Below are positions 8,573 through 18,440 of a stretch of 64,000 bases of DNA, piece by piece. A model generated the notes under the pieces. That model saw nothing but the letters and a program-made list of their open reading frames with translations, had not been told where the DNA came from and ran no database searches. A program made the position numbers and the translations under genes. The DNA comes from Bacteroidales bacterium. Its GTDB lineage: Bacteria; Bacteroidota; Bacteroidia; Bacteroidales; VadinHA17. Numbering within the stretch: the stretch's first letter is position 1; every line of letters starts with the position of its first letter. The stretch lies in the NCBI GenBank assembly GCA_003141715.1, contig PLNF01000096.1:2365-66364 (forward strand), in the 5' to 3' direction.

Positions 8573-9922
8573 TCACTCCTTTTCTTCTTTTAATATTCGG
8601 TAGATGGTAGAAATTCCAATATCGAGTTTTTCTGCTGCCAGTCTTATATCGTTGTTGTTTTTCTTCAGCGTGGCTTTAATGATTTTCACCTCGTATTCCC
8701 GTAAGGTCAGATTGTCAGTCGTTACATCTGACAAAGGATCACCTCTGTCAACTACAAGGTCTGCTGGTTCGATCTCATCATCTGCTGATAAGGTAACTGC
8801 AAGTTCAATCACAGATTTTAATTCGCGAACGTTTCCCGGAAACGGATAACTCATCAGTTTTTTTTGTGATTGTACCGATAACTTTTTTAATGGAATGTTA
8901 TTTTCATCGCAGAACTTCCCCATAAAATACCTTGCAAGGATCAATATATCATTTGCTCTGTCACGTAATGGCGGTAATTCAATTGGCAATCCTAACAGCC
9001 TGTAATATAGATCTTCCCTGAAGTTACCTTTCTTTACTTCCTCTTTCAGGTTTTTATTGGTTGCTACAACAATGCGACAGTCTGTTTTCACAGGCTTATT
9101 ACTGCCAATCCGAACAATTTCTTTTTCCTGCAGAACACGTAATAATTTTGCCTGTAAATTCAATTCCATTTCACCTATTTCGTCAAGGAAGAGTGTTCCT
9201 CCGTCGGCTTCTTCAAAGCGGCCAATCCGTCGGTAGGCTGCTCCCGTAAAAGCTCCTTTCTCATGACCAAACAACTCACTCTCGATCAGCTCAGAAGGGA
9301 TTGCTGCAACATTTACAGTGACAAATGATCTGTCTTTACGCTTCGAGTTGTAATGAATAGCCTTTGCCACCAGCTCTTTTCCAGTTCCTGTTTCACCCGA
9401 TATTATCACAGTAATATTCGTACTCAGGGCTTTGTTAATAAGATCGTAAACGGTTTTAATAGCGGGACTTTCGCCAAGTATGCTTTCACGAAAACTATAT
9501 TTTTTTTGAACTTCCTTTCGTAGAGTTGTTATCTCTCTTTTAAGACCAATACCGTTCCTTATATTTTTGACTGTGTTAAGAAGCCGGTCCTTAATATCTT
9601 CAGACTTGCTGATATAGTCATAGGCACCCATCTTTAGTAAGCTTACCACCGTGTCAATATCTTCCTGTTCAGAAATCAGTATAACCTGAACATCAGAATT
9701 TTCCTCCCTGATTCTTTTTAGGACATCAAGCCCTGTAAAGTCGGGAAGCCGGTAATCAAGGGTAACAATATCAGGTGATTCAAACAGACAATTCAAAAAA
9801 TCTCTTCCGTTGAAAAAACTCTTTATCTCATAGTCAGGATTTAAAGAGAGAGTGTGCACTAAAAGCCTGTTATACCATTCGCTGTCTTCTACAACAAATA
9901 TTTTAAAAGGCTTTTCTGACAT
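8573..9922 (-). CDS. Sigma-54-dependent response regulator (NtrC/Fis family)
   Basis: 449-aa ORF with a receiver domain (FVVEDSEWY...TLDYRLPD) and an AAA+ domain. The AAA+ domain has Walker A GETGTGKE and the sigma-54 contact motif ESELFGHEKGAFTGA. A C-terminal Fis-type HTH is present (AAEKLDIGISTIYRILK). Confidence 0.9.
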   Translation of the reverse strand: MSEKPFKIFVVEDSEWYNRLLVHTLSLNPDYEIKSFFNGRDFLNCLFESPDIVTLDYRLPDFTGLDVLKRIREENSDVQVILISEQEDIDTVVSLLKMGAYDYISKSEDIKDRLLNTVKNIRNGIGLKREITTLRKEVQKKYSFRESILGESPAIKTVYDLINKALSTNITVIISGETGTGKELVAKAIHYNSKRKDRSFVTVNVAAIPSELIESELFGHEKGAFTGAAYRRIGRFEEADGGTLFLDEIGEMELNLQAKLLRVLQEKEIVRIGSNKPVKTDCRIVVATNKNLKEEVKKGNFREDLYYRLLGLPIELPPLRDRANDILILARYFMGKFCDENNIPLKKLSVQSQKKLMSYPFPGNVRELKSVIELAVTLSADDEIEPADLVVDRGDPLSDVTTDNLTLREYEVKIIKATLKKNNNDIRLAAEKLDIGISTIYRILKEEKE

Positions 9923-9998
9923 ATCCTGTTGAATTCTGGTTTATAGTTTATTACGGCATTTACAAAGTAAAGTAAAAATGGCCGTATTTGCCAGAGTT

Positions 9999-12395
9999 TT
10001 AACTGATTTTCGCGATATGTTCTTTTATAAGTCCACTGACGGCTTCAAATTCCAGTAAGGATTCTCCGGTCAGCTTTTCAAGATCCTGTGGTTCGATCTT
10101 TTTTTGAATATTTTCTTCAATCTTTCTCAAGAGATTACAGAGATCCACTGCACCAATATGCCGGCATGGTGGTAACATCTTATGAGCCATGTCAGCAACT
10201 GAGTCCAACTGTCCCGATTTAACCGTCTCCTGCATCTCGTTTATCCCTTTTTTTGTGGAATCAATAAAAGAGAGCAGCATCTGTTTTACAAACTTTTCAT
10301 CACCCCCTGAAATATGATAGAGATTTTGTAAATTAATTTTTTCCTGACCGGCAGAGTTAATCTTTTCTTCTCTTACCAGATCAGCTCCCGAAACCGATGC
10401 GCAATCTTTAATCACAGAAAGAATTGTTGTCAGTAACATCTCTTCAGTGAATGGCTTTGGAAGAAAAGCGTTCATCCCGGCCCTTTGATATTTTTGCCAG
10501 TCTTCACTTATGGTAGCAGCCGAGATACAGATTACCGGCATTTCTGATTTTGTGATTTTCATCTCATTCCGGATAAACTGTGTTGCCTTTAACCCGTCTA
10601 TTCCCGGCATCCTGGCATCCATAAACAGCAGATCATAGCGATCTGTTTTTAACATTTCCAATGCTTCCATTCCATTTGCAGCCTCATGATACCTGACTTT
10701 CCATCGTTCCAGTATCGTTTTGAAAAGCAGACGGTTGTATTCCTCATCGTCGACAACCAGGATTTTCATATTTCTGATTTCTTCAGGAATATACAGGGGA
10801 GGTTCAACTTCTTTTCTGACCTGTTTTTCATCACCAGTCAGGTAAGGGATATGACAGGTAATTTTGGTTCCCTGGTTTTTCCTGCTTACACATTCAATAG
10901 TACCACTATGCAATTCTATAAGTTTTTTGACTATTGATAAGCCTAATCCGGTTCCGCCATATTTACGAGTGGTGCTCATCTCCTCCTGTGCGAAATCTTC
11001 AAAAATGAAATTTATTTTGCTCTCATCTATACCAATACCTGTATCAATAACCTCCACAACCAGCTCAGTTTCTGATGATTCCTTTTTAATACAATTCACA
11101 TTGAAATGTACTTCACCGTTCTTAGTGAATTTGACGGAATTACTAACCAGATTTATCATTATTTGTTTAAGACGGTATGGATCGCCCACCAAAACATGCG
11201 GGGTATCCGGACTTATTGCATAGCTTAACCTGGTATTATTTCTCATGGCCTGTCTTTCAAACAATGCATAAACATCTTCAAGAATTTGCACAATTGTGAA
11301 ATGTACTTTTTCCAGAGCCATTCTGCCATTCTGCAATTTGGAAAAATCGAGGATATCGTTAATTATATCCGCGAGGTGATCGGAAGATGATTTGATAATT
11401 TTCAGTGAACGGGTTGTATTTTCATCCAGTGGTTCATGCAGAAGCTGTTCGGTAAACCCTGAAATAGCCGTTACTGGTGTTCGGATCTCGTGGCTCATAT
11501 TTGCCATGAAGAGTTCTTTTGTACGGGCCAGTTTTTCTGATTCATCTTTAGAACTCTGCAGGGCAATCTGATAAACATGGGTTTTTCTTATGTATCGTAC
11601 AATAATAAACATTACCAGTATTGCAAGGAGAGTACCTGATACTGAGAACATAGCCAGCCAGATATAAGTATTTGCTGCTAATTTATCAGCAGCTAAGGCT
11701 TTCGCTTTAACGAGTCCGTAAATCTCATTTTCTATTTTGGTAATCAGGTCATAAAACTGTTCTTTGATTTCACTGCTGGTGACAGCTAACTTCGACTCTC
11801 TTATCGTCAGTTTTGCTTTTGTTATGCTGTCTTGTTGTTCTATTTCTTTCAGATCGCTGATAATTTCCTTTTCATTCAACCTGTTTTTATTAGCTCGACT
11901 GAAAACACGTTTAAGTATACTTCTTTCAGTTTTGCTGTCTTCAACTGAGTTACTATCGAGCCTGACCGATAAATGTTTGAGATTTTCAACAACAGTGTAG
12001 TTATTATGGAGGTATAACAACTGGTTCCAGATAACAATGTTTTTTTCAATCAGCTTACTAATAGTGTCAGTCTGTTGGGTTAGTACTGAATCATTTATAC
12101 ATTCAGAATGCAATCTGCTTACTTTTTCATCAATGTTGGAGATTATTGTGTAATAGGGTCGAAGATCAAGAGTATCGTGTGTATTTGTATAGATTCGGAT
12201 ACTGTTTTGTGCTTTTTCCAGATCCATTGATATCTCCCGTATACTTGACAACCTGAGGTCAGGTTTTAAGTTCACCTGAATTGAAGCAACAATTGAAGAA
12301 AGGTTCCGATACGACAAATAACCGGTTGCTGAGAGTAAGATTACTGCCAGTATCATTAATAATCCAATCTTTATCTGAATTGAAATTTTCTTCAC
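9999..12395 (-). CDS. Hybrid sensor histidine kinase / response regulator with C-terminal HPt domain
   Basis: 798-aa ORF with two TM segments flanking a sensor region. It has H-box MSHEIRTP, G2 box GGTGLGLSIVKKLIE, a receiver domain (ILVVDDEEYNR...MDARMPGIDG) and an HPt-like HKMLPPCRHIGA. Confidence 0.9.
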   Translation of the reverse strand: MKKISIQIKIGLLMILAVILLSATGYLSYRNLSSIVASIQVNLKPDLRLSSIREISMDLEKAQNSIRIYTNTHDTLDLRPYYTIISNIDEKVSRLHSECINDSVLTQQTDTISKLIEKNIVIWNQLLYLHNNYTVVENLKHLSVRLDSNSVEDSKTERSILKRVFSRANKNRLNEKEIISDLKEIEQQDSITKAKLTIRESKLAVTSSEIKEQFYDLITKIENEIYGLVKAKALAADKLAANTYIWLAMFSVSGTLLAILVMFIIVRYIRKTHVYQIALQSSKDESEKLARTKELFMANMSHEIRTPVTAISGFTEQLLHEPLDENTTRSLKIIKSSSDHLADIINDILDFSKLQNGRMALEKVHFTIVQILEDVYALFERQAMRNNTRLSYAISPDTPHVLVGDPYRLKQIMINLVSNSVKFTKNGEVHFNVNCIKKESSETELVVEVIDTGIGIDESKINFIFEDFAQEEMSTTRKYGGTGLGLSIVKKLIELHSGTIECVSRKNQGTKITCHIPYLTGDEKQVRKEVEPPLYIPEEIRNMKILVVDDEEYNRLLFKTILERWKVRYHEAANGMEALEMLKTDRYDLLFMDARMPGIDGLKATQFIRNEMKITKSEMPVICISAATISEDWQKYQRAGMNAFLPKPFTEEMLLTTILSVIKDCASVSGADLVREEKINSAGQEKINLQNLYHISGGDEKFVKQMLLSFIDSTKKGINEMQETVKSGQLDSVADMAHKMLPPCRHIGAVDLCNLLRKIEENIQKKIEPQDLEKLTGESLLEFEAVSGLIKEHIAKIS

Positions 12396-12440
12396 GGGCA
12401 GGTGGCAGGATAAATAATACCCAAAGCTATAATTTATGAG

Positions 12441-13721
12441 TTACTGCTTATTGTGATTAGATTCTTTGTTATCTGACTCTTTCTTTTTATCGTTTTTCTT
12501 TATTGTCGTTGCTGACTTTTTTTTAGCGCCACTCCTTTGGCTGGAAGGCTTCACCACTGTCTTTTTTGACAGGCTGGTTGCCTGGTGTGTACCTGTATTT
12601 TGTCCGGAATGAGGATTTATCACCGACTTGTCAGTCACTGTGGTAGTTGACCTCCTGTTTATCCCGGTATTGTTACCAGATGATGGATTTGTGACGGTTT
12701 TGTTGGTCACATTCGTAGTCGACCTCCTGTTTATCCCGGTATTGTTACCAGAATGTGGATTTGTGACTGATTTGTTGGTCATTGTGGTATTTGACCTCCG
12801 TGTTAAGTTGGAGTTATTCCCTGATGAGATAGCCGCTGATCTTCTGTATTGTTCCGGATGAGCTTTAGCGAACATTGCTTCCCCTTCCTTTCTTTGGTCG
12901 GGATGCGAATATGTTGGTTTATAATAACCCATCTCTATTCTGTGATGTATATCCGGAGAATAGGAACGTCTCCCATTGTAATAAAAGTCGTTCCATCTTG
13001 AATAGCGGTGGTAGTTCCATTGGCGGTAATGTCCGTAATAATAATGATTCCAATTGTCCTGATACCCATAGTAGTAATTCCAGGAGGACGGATGCCATGT
13101 ATGCCAGTAACTTGGGTAATAGCCCCAGTACCATGGTGAGTGCCATATTGTATAGGAGGGAAGAAAAATAAATCTTACCAGAGGCCAGGCTGCAATTTGA
13201 ACTGGTGTGGTATTTATATAAGTAACAGTCTGTCCATTAACTGTTCTTGTATCCCCTGTATATCCAGGATTGGATGTTTCCCCGTGATTTGCGTCATCAA
13301 ATATTGGTTCAATTATATAATCCTTGCCATATAATTGTTCGTCACCTGTAAGTTGGATCTGCACCTGCCCATTCTGAAAACGCTGCACAGTAAAAACGGC
13401 AACATCCTGATTTTCCTTCGGGCTTACTGCAACCTGCAAAACAATATTATGAACATCTCCGTCGACATTATCAATTACTTTTATATAGTCCACCAGGTTA
13501 TCGCCATTAAGGTCGAGATTATTGATAGTGGAGTTTTGATCATTCAGGTTTCTTTCAAATTCTTCAAGTGTTTTTGATTCCTGGAACAGCTTCATGACTG
13601 CATAAAGATTAAGATTATCTCCCGGGAGACCCAGCTTTTCCTCGTGATTATCCTGTGCCACGAGTGTCGTACCAGCGGCAAACAAAGCCACCAGAATAGA
13701 TGTAATTATAAATTTTTTCAT
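12441..13721 (-). CDS. Exported protein with a Trp/Tyr/His-rich core and 24-aa tandem repeats
   Basis: 426-aa ORF with a signal peptide. It contains WHSPWYWGYYPSYWHTWHPSSWNYYYGYQDNWNHYYYGHYRQWNYHRY, then about three copies of TTNVTNKTVTNPSSGNNTGINRRS, and a Lys-rich tail. Confidence 0.6.
   Translation of the reverse strand: MKKFIITSILVALFAAGTTLVAQDNHEEKLGLPGDNLNLYAVMKLFQESKTLEEFERNLNDQNSTINNLDLNGDNLVDYIKVIDNVDGDVHNIVLQVAVSPKENQDVAVFTVQRFQNGQVQIQLTGDEQLYGKDYIIEPIFDDANHGETSNPGYTGDTRTVNGQTVTYINTTPVQIAAWPLVRFIFLPSYTIWHSPWYWGYYPSYWHTWHPSSWNYYYGYQDNWNHYYYGHYRQWNYHRYSRWNDFYYNGRRSYSPDIHHRIEMGYYKPTYSHPDQRKEGEAMFAKAHPEQYRRSAAISSGNNSNLTRRSNTTMTNKSVTNPHSGNNTGINRRSTTNVTNKTVTNPSSGNNTGINRRSTTTVTDKSVINPHSGQNTGTHQATSLSKKTVVKPSSQRSGAKKKSATTIKKNDKKKESDNKESNHNKQ
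12590..12810. repeat. About three tandem copies of a 72-bp coding repeat
   Basis: gacctcctgtttatcccggtattgttaccaga... recurs starting at 12649, 12721 and 12793. Confidence 0.8.
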
Positions 13722-14067
13722 AAAATATATTATTAAAAGAACAAGTTAATACAAAAAAGTAATAACAAAACTTATACCAACTTTTTTTTCTGAAAGTTAT
13801 GATCAGGTTTACTGACGTAACAAAAGGCCAGAGGTCAACCCGGACAAAGTATTATCCGTTTAATAGTTGTATTATTACACAAAATTGTTTAATTCAGAGA
13901 TTTTCAACACAAGAATTCAATTATAAAAAACTAGCTTTATTAAAAATCAGTTCAGTCATATTTTCTGATAAATGATAAGATGCCAGGCAGCACTAACACC
14001 GGATTCTACTGCAGGAAGCTGAATATTTTATTTGAGGAGTTGTTGTCATAATTGCAGATAATTATAA

Positions 14068-14736
14068 ATGCAGAATTCAGGCAAAATATTGATAATGATA
14101 TTTGTTTTTGGCATGATCGGTGTTGGCAATAAACCGGCAAAAGAAAATATTGATATTCACCAGCTTTGGTCTGATTGCAAGTTGGAACAGATGATTTCCT
14201 ATGAAGTCTTTAAAACTGCTATTCTTGGGTGCCAACAGATAGATAATCTTTATAAAAAAAACCTTGTAACTATAATTGATTTTTCAAAGCCATCAACTGA
14301 AAAACGGTTTTTTGTAATTGATCTGGAGAATAAACGACTTATTTATAAGTGCTTTGTTGCACACGGCAAAAACTCAGGTGATAATTATGCAAAAAGCTTC
14401 TCAAACCAGCCGGGATCTCTTAAAAGCTCACTGGGCTTTTTCCTTACAGCAGAAACGTATTATGGCGATCATGGCTATTCACTCAGGCTTGAAGGTCTCG
14501 AAAAAAGTATCAACGATAATGCCAGAGCCAGGGAGATAGTCATTCATGGGGCAGAATATGTAAGTGAAGAATTTATTAAAAAGTTTGGCAGGCTTGGTCG
14601 AAGCTGGGGATGTCCCGCCTTACCCGTTGAAATATCAAAAGAAATAATTGATAAAATTTCAGGTGGGAGCTGTCTCTTTATATATGGTGATGATATTTAC
14701 TTCAGAGAGAATTCTGTTTTTCTTAACAGGAAGTAA
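14068..14736 (+). CDS. L,D-transpeptidase catalytic-domain family protein (YkuD-like)
   Basis: 222-aa ORF. IVIHGAEYV...GRSWGCPALP matches the His ... Ser/Thr-x-Gly-Cys active-site pattern of YkuD-fold enzymes. Confidence 0.7.
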   Translation: MQNSGKILIMIFVFGMIGVGNKPAKENIDIHQLWSDCKLEQMISYEVFKTAILGCQQIDNLYKKNLVTIIDFSKPSTEKRFFVIDLENKRLIYKCFVAHGKNSGDNYAKSFSNQPGSLKSSLGFFLTAETYYGDHGYSLRLEGLEKSINDNARAREIVIHGAEYVSEEFIKKFGRLGRSWGCPALPVEISKEIIDKISGGSCLFIYGDDIYFRENSVFLNRK

Positions 14737-14740
14737 ACTT

Positions 14741-14761
14741 TACCGCATACCGCATACCGCA
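14741..14761. repeat. (TACCGCA)x3 heptamer tandem repeat just after a stop codon
   Basis: Read directly. It starts 5 nt after the stop at 14736. Confidence 0.9.
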
Positions 14762-14782
14762 AAACTCGCACCTCACACAGGT

Positions 14783-15640
14783 TTATTTTTCACCAGCCTC
14801 CGACGCCTCTTTAACAACCTCCAGATTATGCCTGGCTTTCTCTGCAATTCCCGGATTCTGATTTTTCACAAGCTGTTCCAGGAGTTCTGTTGCTTTATTC
14901 CAGTTTTTGGCAAAGATATAGTCGTTGGATTCTTTAAAGGTACTGCCGGTATAAAGTTGTTTTGTATCATGAATTATGTAAGGATAAAACTTGGCTATAT
15001 AATCCTGCCCGGCCTGAAATGCCAGGTCTCCGATCTCTTCTCTGGCTCTTGAGATGGATGGTACCAGTATAAATCCGGAATTTGCTGATCTGGGTATGAA
15101 GATTGATGACTGCTCAACTTCACTTCGGTCTATCAGATCGCCTTCTTCTGAATATAGGGACAAAAAAAACCTTGTATTCAGTTTGAAATTTATTGTTCTG
15201 TACCTTACTCCATAATAATAGTTAACAACAGTATCCCGCTCAAAAAAGATACTCGTAGAATCAAGAGTCAATAACAGGTTGGCATTAAATCTGTTACAAA
15301 TATTATTAATAGTATCCACGGGCAGCAATGTTGTCAGGTCTCCGGCTTCAATGCTCTTTTTCAAAGTATCGCCTACGACGAAATTGAAGGAACTATCGCT
15401 TGAAACTGATGATAATCCGTCGAGTAAATTCATTACTCCTGCATGGTACGATATCCTATCCTTCTTATTTACATTTACTGGTACTGTGTAGTTGAACAAA
15501 TTGACAAATACAATTTTATGATGTTCTTTCTCAAGAATGATCTCAGGGTCAATTCTCTTCCCGATGTATACTATTCTGATACAGGAAGATAATACCATTA
15601 TAATCGACATAGGAAGGAAAAGCCTGATAAATACTTTCAT
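14783..15640 (-). CDS. Putative lipoprotein, unknown function
   Basis: 285-aa ORF with a signal peptide and lipobox-like VLSSC. The C-terminal helical segment resembles a TPR-like hairpin. Confidence 0.55.
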   Translation of the reverse strand: MKVFIRLFLPMSIIMVLSSCIRIVYIGKRIDPEIILEKEHHKIVFVNLFNYTVPVNVNKKDRISYHAGVMNLLDGLSSVSSDSSFNFVVGDTLKKSIEAGDLTTLLPVDTINNICNRFNANLLLTLDSTSIFFERDTVVNYYYGVRYRTINFKLNTRFFLSLYSEEGDLIDRSEVEQSSIFIPRSANSGFILVPSISRAREEIGDLAFQAGQDYIAKFYPYIIHDTKQLYTGSTFKESNDYIFAKNWNKATELLEQLVKNQNPGIAEKARHNLEVVKEASEAGEK

Positions 15641-15794
15641 TTATTCTTCTGATTCAGTTCAACAATGTGAAACTATAACTAAAAATAAGTAAAAAAATTA
15701 TAACAGAAATCGGAAATATTCATTATGCTGCTGTTGACCAAATGTGAACTTGTACTAAATTGAATTTAAGCTGATTTTAGAATCATTAAATTTT

Positions 15795-15802
15795 TAAATT
15801 TG
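15795..15802 (+). promoter_or_regulatory. Candidate Bacteroidota -7 promoter element (TAAATTTG = TAnnTTTG)
   Basis: The motif lies 26 nt upstream of the ATG at 15828. I see no clean -33 TTTG. Confidence 0.3.
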
Positions 15803-15827
15803 TACAGTTTAATCAATCATTAATAAT

Positions 15828-16427
15828 ATGAAAGAACTTGTACGTTGCCGCCCATGTGGATTTGTAATGGATGCGGACAAGCTGGGGGATGTCTGTCCGG
15901 CTTGCGGAATGCCCAGAAAAGTTTTTGAACCGTACAGGGAAAAGGTTTCCCGTAAAAGGTTGCTTTTACTCAATTTTGATCTTCATCCGATTGCCATTCA
16001 TCTTTCTCAGGCCCTTGTCATAGCTATCCCCTTATTGGTGATAATAACAAATCTTTTTAAACAATTTCAGCCAGAAGTGCTGAAAAATGTTTTAATATTT
16101 TCAGTGTTTGTTTTCCCGTTTACCCTAATCCTGGCAATTATCACAGGAGCAATTGATGGACTGACTAGATTCAAAACACTTGCTACTCCTATTTTAAGAG
16201 TTAAAATTATATTCAGCCTGATAATACTTTCGTTATCAGTTGCCCTGTTTTTTATTGCTCCGCAGGGAAACCTTTATGTTCTGACAATAGGTTTAAGTAT
16301 CCTGTCTCTTGGTGCCGGCATCCAGCTGGGTTTGTGGGGCAAGAAGCTTGTTAATGTGATATTACCCGGCTCATATCCACAGAAGAAAAGCAGTAAAGTA
16401 ACTCAACCTGAAGGGGAGAAAGGGTGA
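15828..16427 (+). CDS. Membrane protein with N-terminal rubredoxin-like zinc ribbon
   Basis: 199-aa ORF with a CRPCG...CPACG Cys4 knuckle pair, followed by about four hydrophobic helices. Confidence 0.65.
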   Translation: MKELVRCRPCGFVMDADKLGDVCPACGMPRKVFEPYREKVSRKRLLLLNFDLHPIAIHLSQALVIAIPLLVIITNLFKQFQPEVLKNVLIFSVFVFPFTLILAIITGAIDGLTRFKTLATPILRVKIIFSLIILSLSVALFFIAPQGNLYVLTIGLSILSLGAGIQLGLWGKKLVNVILPGSYPQKKSSKVTQPEGEKG

Positions 16428-16451
16428 ATAGTTGCTACTTAAATTTTATCC

Positions 16452-16931
16452 ATGAAGGCTGTCAGCATTAAAGAACTCAAAGAAGAATTAACTAATAATA
16501 CACCTAAAGAACTGCGGGATCTATGTTTGCGTCTGGCAAGATTCAAAAAGGAGAATAAGGAATTATTGACCTATCTTCTGTTTGATTCATCAGATGAAGT
16601 TTTATATATAGAAAGTGTAAAAAAGGAAGTCGATGAGCAGTTTGAGTTGATAAACAGAAAGAGTCATTACTTGATTAAAAAAAGTTTCCGTAAAATTTTA
16701 CGCTGTATCAGGAAATATGCCAGGTATTCACAAAAGAAAGAAACGGAAGTAGAATTACTGGTATATTTTTGTACAAAACTTAAAAAATTTACTCCTTCAA
16801 TTAAGAAGAACTCCGGACTTCAGAATTTCTATAACAAACAAATAGAGACGATCAGAAAAAAAGTAACTCTCTTACATGAAGACCTGCAATTTGACTATGG
16901 AATCGAATTGAATGAATTAACCAGTGACTGA
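16452..16931 (+). CDS. Hypothetical cytoplasmic protein
   Basis: 159-aa ORF starting 24 nt after the previous gene. It is charged and helical, with no motif I recognise. Confidence 0.5.
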   Translation: MKAVSIKELKEELTNNTPKELRDLCLRLARFKKENKELLTYLLFDSSDEVLYIESVKKEVDEQFELINRKSHYLIKKSFRKILRCIRKYARYSQKKETEVELLVYFCTKLKKFTPSIKKNSGLQNFYNKQIETIRKKVTLLHEDLQFDYGIELNELTSD

Positions 16932-17482
16932 AAAATATATTATGTATTATAATCGATAGACGATTTTGATTGATGAAGAAAGCAATTTTTTTGCATTTTC
17001 TGGTGAAAAGAGTTACTTTTGACATATGTCGGATACCAGGGAAAATATCAGAATTGTTCATTTTGATTCAATTATTGTTATTGCGATTGTCTTTTTAGGG
17101 CTGTTGGTTTACAATAATTCTTTCAAAAATACAACTGGACAGAACAGGATCCCGGTTTCAACTTATATATCTGTAAGTGAGAATTACGCGGTTTGCTGCC
17201 CGTGTATCAGGTTACAGGTATTCCAGAAAACATGGATATCAAATAAGGATAACTTTAACCTTTTGGCTTTTAACAGGAATCTATTATCTGAAAACAAAAA
17301 AGCCGGTATAAAAGTCTCTCATCTTCAGATTATCAGACAAAGTTCACATATAATTCCTCAATTCATTCTCCGTTATCATCTGTTTCCTGCAGAAATGGAT
17401 GAACCACCACATTTAAGTTAATTACGCATCTGTATTTCTACAGGGTTCATTTTTTTATTCTATTAACTTAATATCAAGAATT

Positions 17483-18346
17483 ATGAAAAGCTTAATTTAT
17501 TTAATTATTTCTATTGTTATTTCAATGACATTGACTTCTACTATACAGAAAACTTCTGAAAGCACTAAAAGTATCACACTTCAGTCAAGAGTGATTAATG
17601 TTTCTTCCGCTTTATTAAAACAATCAGCGGATATTATTTCCGCCAGGTTGAAAATGTCAGGTATTAACTTATTCGAAATCAAGGTTTCAGAAGAAAAAGG
17701 ACAACTTAATATCGTATTGCCTGACAAAACTGACATGTCTGAAATTGAAGGAATGCTCACATCAAAAGGAGAGTTGGCTTTCTATGAGACATATACCCAT
17801 AATGAAATTTCAGATTTATTGAAACATGATAATCAGCTTTTTACGATCCTTACTCACAATCAGGAAGAAAAACCTTCTGATCCCAGGGTGGGATGTACAA
17901 GTAATGAAAACCGAAAGGTGGCTGATAATTACCTCCGGTCGGCTATTCCTGTCAAGAATTGTAAATTATTCTGGGGATTTGAATCTAAAAAAGCAGGGTA
18001 CTGTTTATTCGCGTTAAAAACCAATGAGGCTGGAAAACCATTATTGGTTAGATCGGATATTGAATCTGTTAAAATTGTCACTGGTAAGGATACGCAAGAC
18101 TCAAAAATTCAGATCAAATTAAAGCCGGCAGCAATAAGCCTTTTTGCAGATGCTACAAAAAGCAATCTGAATAAAGTTATTGCAATCGTCATTGATGATC
18201 AGGTATATTCCTGGCCTGTAGTGAGGAATGTCATTGAAGGAGGAGAAATTGAAGTGACCGGTAGTTTCACTGCAAAAGAGGTGAATTATTTCCCGGCTCT
18301 CTTTAATTCTGAACAACTTCCGCTTAGTTTTAAATTACTGAAGTAA
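17483..18346 (+). CDS. Exported protein resembling the periplasmic P1-head of SecD, without a membrane core
   Basis: 287-aa ORF with a signal peptide. KGELAFYET and VIDDQVYSWPVVRNVIEGGEIEVTGSFTAKEVNYFPALFNSEQLP follow the SecD P1 pattern (VLDGxVxSAPxIxxxIxGGxAxITGxFxxxEAxxLAxxLxxGxLP). Confidence 0.5.
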   Translation: MKSLIYLIISIVISMTLTSTIQKTSESTKSITLQSRVINVSSALLKQSADIISARLKMSGINLFEIKVSEEKGQLNIVLPDKTDMSEIEGMLTSKGELAFYETYTHNEISDLLKHDNQLFTILTHNQEEKPSDPRVGCTSNENRKVADNYLRSAIPVKNCKLFWGFESKKAGYCLFALKTNEAGKPLLVRSDIESVKIVTGKDTQDSKIQIKLKPAAISLFADATKSNLNKVIAIVIDDQVYSWPVVRNVIEGGEIEVTGSFTAKEVNYFPALFNSEQLPLSFKLLK

Positions 18347-18355
18347 GCAAATTAA

Positions 18356-18390
18356 GAAGAGGCTGTACCGGTACAGCCTCTTCTTTTTAT
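18356..18390. terminator. Strong rho-independent terminator between convergent genes
   Basis: Perfect 13-bp stem gaagaggctgtac-cg-gtacagcctcttc followed by TTTTT. Confidence 0.85.
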
Positions 18391-18440
18391 TACTTAATGC
18401 CTTCATCCGGGATCTGCCAGACAAAGCGAAGTGTTGAATG

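Noticed and set aside
17026-17421. 131-aa plus-strand ORF in the 550-nt gap before the SecD-head-like gene
   Set aside because: - It has one hydrophobic segment but no recognisable motif.
- Its start lies inside a ragged AT-rich region.
- It could be real, but I cannot support it from sequence alone.
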